Shown here: in pieces, positions 52,275 to 64,000 of the stretch
How positions within the stretch are numbered: position 1 is the stretch's first letter
Layout: each line of letters opens with the position of its first letter
Assembly: GCA_016748015.1 (NCBI GenBank)
Contig: JAAOMT010000779.1
Location: 248,001 to 312,000 of the forward strand
Source: Geosiphon pyriformis uo1
Taxonomy: Eukaryota; Fungi; Glomeromycota
DNA length: 64,000 bases
Direction: 5' to 3'
Translations under genes and position numbers: made by a program
The notes under the pieces: generated by a model
Database searches by the model: none
What the model was told of the DNA's origin: nothing
Seen by the model: only the letters and a program-made list of their open reading frames with translations

Positions 52275-54312
52275 TTAAAGAGGCATCAATATCGAGGAAG
52301 CTTGCTGCACCATTGTCCATCCCGTAGCTTCCTCGGTGGCGGTCGCGTCCAAAGCTTCCAAGAAATCTGCCAACGTTATTGTTATACATGATTGCAAGAA
52401 ACATGCATGTGCCAGAAATGGTAATTTACGTAAAGCACGTCCACTCATCCCCTTCACAATGGAGAAGTATTTAAGTTAGAAAGCTTTTGATATGAATTTT
52501 GACTAGCTTACTTGACATTTTTCCGATATCCCAAAGAGTTTCATACTCAGATTGTCATGGCTATTTGTGTCACGATACATTTCTACTGCGCGCCAATCAA
52601 GAAGAGTTTCCTGAAGGTGGGAATATAAGTTAATTTATATACACTTTCTTATATTGAAACCAAAGCTTTATGAATTATTACCTCATCTCTAATAATTCCA
52701 ACTCTAATCAATTCTTGAATACAGCTAGAAAGAATGGCGTATATTGCTTTTGGCGATGGCAAACCAATATATTGCTTGATATCTGCTCGGTCGATAAAAG
52801 CAATATCTGAAAAATCACAAGTTTAAATTATTTTGCTATATCCATAAATAAAATTTGAACAATAGAAGGATTTTACCTATAGCTTCTGTAATATTAGATG
52901 TGGCCAAGACAAGCACGTTTTTATTGTATTTTAATTTATCGATTTGGGTCAAAAGAGCATTAACAACCTAAAGTAACATAGCATCAATGACCATGAAAAT
53001 AATTTAAATGAAACAAAATTACATCTTATTTCACTTTTAACTACCCTCAAAGCGTCCGAAGGCTCTGTACCGGACAATGAAGATTTTCGTGCAGCTGTCA
53101 GACTTTCTACTTCATCTAATTTAAGGCAAAAAGAGACCATTCGTTCCGATGAATGTATTGCAAAATCAAACTCAGAGGCGATAAAGAAATAAAACCCACC
53201 TATAAGTATACAGACAAAACAATCCTCTTCGTCAACCATATCATTGATTTGCTGAAACAGTTTTTGAACCAACTTCCCCGATTCAGAAAACCATTTTGAG
53301 AATAGACTATGACTATTTATTTCAAGAAGCTTGCTATGAGCGTATCTGCCCAATGTTTTAAGTAATCGAAGTAAAAGATTAGCACGAATTCATTTATTAA
53401 GTTATAAACGCAAAATCGTAAAATACCTGCTAGTCAGTCTTATAGCCAATTTCTGGGAAAAGGCTCTACATAAACTTGTTTTTCCGGTTCCTGGAGGACC
53501 ATGCAACAAGACAACCCTAAGGGATGTAGGTCATCAGAAGGTAAAAACGTTCTTTTAAAGGATATTGATCTTACCTATTCCATGAAATAATATCGGAGTT
53601 TACCCTGCGATCCGAAAAAAAAAAGGCCGTAGAAATATAATCAAGTAATCGTGTTTTTATATTTTTGTCGAATATAAGACTTAGTAGTCAAAGTTTCTCG
53701 AGATGAGCATGTGGACGAGGTAAGAGACAAATATTATACCGGGAAAGAACGCCTACGTGTCCCATAAGCCTTCCAAAGCACGCGATGGTAGTTCCCAGTG
53801 GTTGGCGGTCAAAACGTTATCTTCCTCTTGAAACTCATCCACAGCTTCTTCCTCATTGAGTTGATACACGTGAATATTCAAAGTTACCTCATTAAGAATC
53901 TGAATCGCTTCACTATCGCCTAAGACAAAATATAGTTCTTAGTGAAATGACATAAAATTAAAAGATAGTTGGTCAAATATACCTCCGCTAGCATCTGCGA
54001 CTTTCATGTTTTCTAGATTATCGCGTAATAACGGAATGTCTTGGAAGTCGGTGATTTGAGAGTAGCATAATAGGGAGGTTTTGAATTCGCGCAAGTATTT
54101 TTCCACAGTTTGTCGGATAACTTGGTAACGAGCTGTACTCTCGGTTTTTAAGCAGCATTCGACTAAAGATAGAAATCCATGAAAAGTAAGTGAATTGTTG
54201 AACATATATTTTTCCCAAATCACATACCATTCAAGACAAGTTTTGAGCGAGAGCGAACTGCTAGCTTTGAAACGGAATTAATATGTTGTATTTCCATTTC
54301 TGAGCTTTCCAT
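52275..54312 (-). CDS. PCH2: Pachytene checkpoint AAA+ ATPase Pch2/TRIP13, multi-exon
   Basis: [15 protein letters not shown]; [32 protein letters not shown]; [19 protein letters not shown]; [10 protein letters not shown]; EPSDALRV; [13 protein letters not shown]; [16 protein letters not shown]. Start codon inferred. Confidence 0.93.
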
Positions 54313-55402
54313 CTTTATTGTGATGGAACAATAATAAGGCGTTGCCTATATGTATTTTTTATTAATCTTATTTACTTTTTTAATTTAATTTAAATTAAAA
54401 AAATTTGAAAATCGATTGATTGTCTTCCATTCTGCAAAACTCGTAGTTCTCTTCGAACTTTTATAAGACATTCTTGCCATCAACACAGTCTTTATTTGTC
54501 GCATGCAGGGAGGGAGCGTCAGAACAGGTGAAAAGTGCAAGGGAAAAGCGACAGCAGCTCGTCACAAACGTTAAAAGATGGAAGAGAGTTTCAACCATAC
54601 ACTATTGATCAAGGTGTTCAAAACATCCTCAAAAGCAGCTCTTGAAGCAGTGGATGGGGTCGTATCAAATGTATGACACATTATCAAGTCTACAAAAAGA
54701 ATCGGGTTGCAAGTAAATATATTACATATGCTCAGATAGCCGAGAAAGCTGTTCAAGGAATCATATATGGTGGTAAAACTTAATGGTTTGTTTTCTCCTA
54801 AATTTAGAGCATTTCTTATAGTTATTTCCATGATTATTATCCGTTTTGTATGATTATTGAAAGAGGGTTACAATGATCTCAAAACTATCCAAATTGAAAA
54901 TAATTCTCGAAGTTTGATTCAACACTCGGTAAACATTTCAACGATTTCAAACAACTTTCCAGGAATGAATTCCGATGTTAAAATTCTCCGTTATATGACG
55001 GTTAGTGGTGGGCCTGATACGTATCTACTTTATTAGTAGTTGGTGATGCTTCATCAATTCTGGGGTTTTCAAGAATGAGGAAGCAATTTGGTTTACAATG
55101 AAATACACTTCTGGTAAGCCTAGATACTTTGCAGCTTGATTTTGTACCAAAGATTATAAAACACTTGCTGATCCTGTTAAATGTGTCGCCTGAGCTATGT
55201 GATATATAAATAGCAGATAGTTTTGCTGATAGAATGTCAAAAGTTTGACTTCAGAGTATTATGAATTAATATGTCGAAATATAGACATTCTAGAAACTTT
55301 GTATTCAATTAAAGATTTAACATAAATGTAAAATTTTGTTCAAGAATAGAATAATTCACAATATTAAACATCTCTCCCTCACAAAAATCAAAATTTCAAT
55401 AT

Positions 55403-57884
55403 CTATTCCTGTTTGATTTTGCTGAAAATTGTAGATTCTCCGGTATAATCTGGTGCTTCCTTTTGCTTTGTCCGAATATTTTCCATAATTTCCTTAACCT
55501 GTGATCTTTCTAAATCATCTCGTTTCGATATTATATCCTCGACAAGAGAAATTGGAACGTCACCATAAGCCTTTTTCATGTTATAGTAATCTAAAAAAAT
55601 AGATTTACGAGAACTGGCAAGCAATGTGTGAATTCGTTCATATACATCAAAGGTGTTCTCTAGTTCCTGTTGTGGTATGTGCCCGCGAAAGAATCCAAAA
55701 GCGGTACGAACATCATTTGTTATGCGGTCAAGACATTCAGGCATTCGAAATTTTGCACCCTTGTTACGTAGAGCTTCGATCCAAGCCACCATAAAACGTG
55801 ATAAAGTGTTGGTCATTAATTTTTCTAGAAGGTAATCATTTAAATGGGTTTTGAAATCATTTGTATAATCTTTAATGGTTTCAATGATAAAGGCCATCGG
55901 ATCTTCTTGATACCAATGTGACGTATATAATTGACTGAATGGTTGTTTTAAATCATTGAACACCACATCCAGGAGAGTATCAGTGCACGCCCTTGCTACT
56001 TCCAAAAAACCGTTAGTGGCTTGACTGAGATCTTCATTGATTTGATTACGATACTTTTCTGATAACAAAGGCTTAAGTCGATTAACAATTTCTTCGGTAA
56101 AATCAGCACACCGAATTTGATCGTTCGCCAAAGCAATCACGTATTCAACAAATCCTCCAGGCTTTTCTTCTCTTTTATCTATTTGACGTTTGAATTCGGA
56201 TTTCAATAGCTGCATCCAAGTTTGTTGAGTATTTATCATTACTTCAGTACATTCTTTTACAACATCTGCAAGAATTTTTCCTTGTCCTGATCCTGCTGCT
56301 ACGTCTATTTGTTGATTCACCATTTGAAACATTATTACGGCTCCCGAAAGACCATATAACCTATCACCATCCATTTCAAGTGCTTTGCTACGTTCTGTAA
56401 AGTCTTTGGTTTCATCATTCATTAAATTATTCATCCATTCTTCAAGTTTACCACGAATTAGCTTGAGATAATCGTCAATCAAATCTTGTTCACGCCCATC
56501 AAGTAGTGGTGGCTCCAAAATTTCTTCAGATACCCGAATATCCTTTTTCATCGTTTTGTAGTATTCTCGTACCCACCGAACTATTCTGAGAATGGTCCCT
56601 GCATCTGGATCTGAGTTGGTAATGCGTTGGAGCATATTGTATACATGTCTATGATATTCTAGCAAATAAACTGAAAAGACATTATACTTCTTAGGGAAAC
56701 GTGGAACAACTTCTTGAATTACCAAGATCAAATCATTAAATATAAAATCAGCATTATCAAACAACTGAATTGGATCATCTTTGAATTCTGCAAAGAAGCG
56801 TTTGAACATATCTGAAATTGAGTCATGAATCTTGTTTTGAAATTTGCTCCGGAAAGACTTGATGACACGTGGACTCGTTTGTATTGATCTGAATTTATCT
56901 GCTAAATCTTGATGAGTGTGCCTTGCTTGTTCTGCCAATTTCGCACGTTCATCTGCTCGTTCTTCACATTCAATGATCTTTACTAATCGTACGACCACAG
57001 ATTGTTGACCTTTTCTCACCAAATCAATAATATTTTTAGTTAAAGTCCAAAGATATTCCTCAAATTCTGCAGAAAACTCATTCAGACGTTCAAAATATTG
57101 CTCAAGAGTTTCAATAACATCTTGTGAAGAGTCTTTTGCTTGATACATTGTATTGTCTTTAAAATCTTCCAACCGAAATAATTGATAATGTATAAATAAT
57201 AAATTTTCGGCGGGACCATGAATATCCTGTCTATCATGATCTAGCATGACTTGAATTTGATCAATGCGTTGGTACATTTCCTGTAACCGATTAATTGTGT
57301 CTTGAGTGGCGACAAAATTTCGATGAATTTGGGATATCTAGAAAGAAAGAAAGAACCAATCAATTGATCAAGAAAACCAAGAATATATGCGTAGGAAAAA
57401 TGATTTCTGACCTTGTTGATCCATGGAAAATGGTGAATCATATCTTGAGCATTTGAACATAAGCGATCAATGCTTTGCATATTTTCCTTGATTAACACCA
57501 TTTGTCTTCTCGAAGATGTCAACGTTTCAAGACCTTCTTGTGTGTTATCCAGTTGTGCTTTAACACCCGTTTTCAATTGGGCATCAATGGTAGCCTTTTT
57601 TTTTCAAAAATTGAGAGAAATCCTAATTAATTGAGCCAAATTTCCCGAGAACACAACCATGTAGGCTCTATGCTAGTCGAGTAAAGGATAAAACATACGA
57701 AACTTCAGTGAAGCTTGCATCCTATTCTTACACTCTTTTACGAAACGCTATTTTTTTAATTGAATACCTTTTCCTTGGCCAGTCTTTTACGCAGCAATTG
57801 AATTTTCACAAGGTCGTCTGGTGAACGTAACAATTCAGCTAAACGCGTTATTCCTGCCTCGATGGCATCACTTGGAGACTCCAT
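55403..57884 (-). CDS. SEC6: Exocyst subunit Sec6/EXOC3; exons ~57884-57768, 57594-57412, 57337-55403
   Basis: LAELLRSPDDLVKI..KEK-ATIDAQLKTGV; NLLFIHYQLFRLEDF; VVRLVKIIECEE; YVIALANDQ; long helical ORF. Confidence 0.93.
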
Positions 57885-58192
57885 TTTCCAGCAAATATGT
57901 CTTTAGTGCCAAATTATGCGAATGGTGAAAGCTAGTAGTAGAAACTGTAAAGGTTGCAAACGTGTCGAAGTTGATATTTCAAAGATTCCACAAATTCGAT
58001 ATGGATTTTCACTCTTATGCACGGTTATCACTTTCTCCTTATTATAGTTAGCAGTTGAGATTTTCGGGGAATCCAGGTTTGCACTACCGAACATTAACTT
58101 TTAGCAGCCACCGCTAAAACTGTTTAATATTTCGCAAGAACGGCTCTGTGTTCACCTTCAACGGTCTCTTCGATCCCTACTGCTATAATAAA
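57885..58192. promoter_or_regulatory. Probable bidirectional promoter between SEC6 and calcineurin A
   Basis: Divergent ATGs only 308 bp apart; CpG retained. Confidence 0.55.
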
Positions 58193-61154
<2,962 letters not shown>

Positions 61155-61694
61155 TAAATTTATAGGAGCCGACTATTATCTGGACTAAACAGAATGAAGG
61201 GATCTACAAAGGCTAAAACAAAAAGGATGCTTCTAGGTTGTTTTCATTTTCGATTTTTATAATTTGGGAAGCTGTGTGCCGATCATTATTTTATTCTAAA
61301 TTATACGAAATTTTATTTATGATAAATGAATCACAGAATATCAGATTTTTATCACGTATAGATGCTTACTCAACTGATCAAAATCAAGTTAACTAATGTA
61401 GCTAGGCGCAAGTTTGCTTTTCCGTTCCCCAATCCATTTTGTTGTCTTCAGCCAAGAGTAACCTAAAGTGCCGTCTCATTTACCTATCTATTCACCAAAA
61501 TATCCGCCTCCAAAGAATTGGAGAATAATTATTCTCTGCAGCAAAGGGCGCGAAAACCCGAGGAACTGATCAGATAACTGCTCCCACGTTACACATATAA
61601 ACGCATAAATTAGCTTTGATCGATCTATCTGCCTGCTTTCTAACTTTTTGACATAGCTTTAAATTCCTAAGAACCATATAGCTGATATATCATA

Positions 61695-62867
61695 ATGATT
61701 GAAAGTATTCTCTCGGTCAAAATACGTGAAACGACAACACGGCAACAACCAAAGCCTCATATTGCTTATGAAGTAGAAGTCCGTGCGGCTGTTCGTACCT
61801 GGGTCGTGTGGAAACGATTTAGCGAATTTGAAGACCTTAACAAGAAATTCTTGCGACTATTTCCTAATCACCCACCACCAGTTGACATGCCTGCAAAACA
61901 CTTTTTTCAGTCAACCCTTGGAAACCCAGTATTAGTGGAGGAACGCAAGAGAGGCCTTGAAGAATACTTACAAGCAATATTAAATGACCGTGATGATCGG
62001 TGGCGAGATACCGACGAGTGGAGAGAATTTCTCGCTATACCGACAGGTCGGCCCTTGGACGCGAGTACAATGTACACTTCAGAAAGTTGGTTGGATGAAT
62101 ATAATCAGGTACAATCAATCGCCCGGGATATTCGTTCGCTTCTAAATCGTCGGGAGACACATTTTGCCAAAAACGAAGTTCAAGCTTCCCATAACTGCAG
62201 TCTGCAAGCCAAGAAAAGCATGAGTACTCTAAACGCACGTCTTTCACAACTTGATACTGGTTTGCAAGGTTTGGCAAAAGGATCTGGGCGAGATGGGCTT
62301 GTGATGTTAGAAGGTGAATTAAGACGCCGGATGGATATGATAAATGACCTGAAAGATGAAAGGGACACTTTGACAAAACTGGTATTGGCCAACCGGCCGG
62401 ACATCGGTAAGGCATCAACCCCAGCGAGCAATATTGATCGCAATTCATTGTTCCGTCAGCCCATCAGACAACGATCCTCCCCACAATTGACTCGAGGGTC
62501 TGGCCTAGGTATGACCGTTACGTATCCTAGCAGTAACCTTAGCGGCAGCTTCACGTCTTCTACTCGGCCCACTGTAGCCTCGAGACGAGTCTTCGGAAAT
62601 ACCGCAGCTCCCATGCCTGTCGAAACTGAGCAAACGCGTGGCCTTGACAATGATGGGTTGGTAAAGTTACAGCAACAAGCCATGTCAGATCAAGATCTTC
62701 ATGTGGAACAGTTTAGCGCATTGTTGCATCGGCAGAAGCACATTGGATTAGCTATTGGGCAAGAACTAGATATTCAAAATAATATGCTTGATGACTTGGA
62801 TAATGATGTTGAAAATATGGCTGGGAAATTGAGATATGCACAACGCAAGATTACAAATATTCATTAA
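61695..62867 (+). CDS. VAM7: PX-domain Qc-SNARE Vam7-like, intronless
   Basis: N-terminal PX domain (VWKRFSEFEDL..P.K..ERKRGLEEYL); C-terminal SNARE motif QD..IGQELDIQNNMLDDL; no transmembrane anchor. Confidence 0.9.
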   Translation: MIESILSVKIRETTTRQQPKPHIAYEVEVRAAVRTWVVWKRFSEFEDLNKKFLRLFPNHPPPVDMPAKHFFQSTLGNPVLVEERKRGLEEYLQAILNDRDDRWRDTDEWREFLAIPTGRPLDASTMYTSESWLDEYNQVQSIARDIRSLLNRRETHFAKNEVQASHNCSLQAKKSMSTLNARLSQLDTGLQGLAKGSGRDGLVMLEGELRRRMDMINDLKDERDTLTKLVLANRPDIGKASTPASNIDRNSLFRQPIRQRSSPQLTRGSGLGMTVTYPSSNLSGSFTSSTRPTVASRRVFGNTAAPMPVETEQTRGLDNDGLVKLQQQAMSDQDLHVEQFSALLHRQKHIGLAIGQELDIQNNMLDDLDNDVENMAGKLRYAQRKITNIH

Positions 62868-63135
62868 GTTTAATTGATATAAACATGAACATCAAAGCCA
62901 GTTTTCTAAACAAGCTGCTATTAATTCCGACCTTATTTTTTCAACTCTGTAAAAGTATATTGTTTTAGTGAATGATGATTTTATCCATTTGTAAAATGCC
63001 TTTTTTCAAATTACTCTTTGAAATATAGATCTTTGATTTTAAAAAAAATTGGCATTCTCAAATTATCTACCTAGAATTGTAACACATCAATAATAGGGAA
63101 TACTAAAAATTGCTATCATTTCCTGCATGGTCACT

Positions 63136-64000
63136 TTAGGACCAAGGCTCATCAATTAATGACCGGAAAAAGATCCCCCGAACGCCATTTTCATCTTTAT
63201 CTATCATAATCCCTCCGATTCTTTGGATATTTCCACACCAGCTACAAGTTTTGGAGGTACAGGCCACATTTTAGATGATAACTCGGACTCCCAATTCTTC
63301 TGCCTTGGTGATCAGACATTGACGAAATCGATAGTGGGCCCAGCATAGCATCTTTCTAATTGTTTTCATGTGAATTTTCTCGTTTCGATATCTCAAAGCA
63401 TCAAATTCGGGAGTGAAAAATGTGACAGCCTTTCTGTAAGATCTTTTGATGCATGCACCCAATCGCCTTCTGGTTTTAGCTTACGTTTTGAGGAGGTATT
63501 TAATTTATCTTTCATTGAGCAAAGGTCATCCAGAGACGAACACCTTTTGTTGGGATTATCATGTAAATGAAGTGCGAATGCTAGGATCTATATAGACTGC
63601 ATGAATAGATCCATCCACGTGAGTTTCGCACAGCTATTTTTGCGTCTCGTATATCCAGGCAAACCTCAACTCCTTAGTTTTGTGTGAATTGGACTAATTG
63701 CTATTTTTACATTTTTTTTCCGAAATGGAAATGATAATACATGTTTATCCTTAAAAATAAAGAATAAAAAATGACATAAATAATGATTCAAAAAATATAT
63801 ATACATAATTTATTATCTTGTGTCGATGTCTATATGAATATATTGCTGGGGTGTGAAGGTAAAATACTCCAAGGTAACTCGGCAAAATTTTGAGCAAGAA
63901 TTGTCATGGTGTGATGCCGTACCTTACGAGATTGATAAAAAAAGATGATGTGTTGATGCACCTTGTTGTCGCTGTGCATTACGTTTAATAACTTTTTTTC
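63136..64000 (-). pseudogene. Fanzor/TnpB-family RuvC nuclease relic; probably extends beyond the window end
   Basis: RuvC-I IDPSIRT (D at 63586-63588); RKMLCWAHYRFRQCLITKAEELG; NVACTSKTCSWCG; IDKDENGVRGIF; stops and internal deletions; upstream piece at ~63850-64000 is weaker. Confidence 0.85.

Noticed and set aside
52216-52404. Alternative PCH2 C-terminus
   Set aside because: Out of frame with the conserved [14 protein letters not shown] exon, which stops at 52275.
54571-54831. 86-aa minus-strand ORF as a gene
   Set aside because: No recognisable motif; kept only as part of the unresolved gene-like region.

Overview
Eukaryotic fungal genomic DNA, most likely Glomeromycota/Mucoromycota. 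This is an inference from short GT-AG introns, fungal-type genes and the retroelement style; a Geosiphon-like origin is my impression, not verified. About 45 kb is nested, decayed retroelements: RNase H-bearing LINEs and Ty3/Gypsy elements with a Cys-rich insert, a dUTPase and an extra 3' ORF, plus three solo LTRs and one 101-bp LINE-tail copy. Near-pure AT tracts separate these from CpG-retaining gene islands carrying a makorin-like RING/CCCH gene, TAN1, PCH2, SEC6, calcineurin A and VAM7. A decayed Fanzor/TnpB-family nuclease with candidate omegaRNA hairpins lies at the right end. Most notable observations: (1) all six LTR insertion sites back-mutate to CpG-centred 4-mers (NCGN); (2) repeats show RIP-like, almost transition-only hypermutation that spares short or divergent segments; (3) a conserved non-env ORF3 and a Cys-rich+dUTPase module occur in two Gypsy families; (4) the Fanzor relic. 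All alignments and counts were done by eye.
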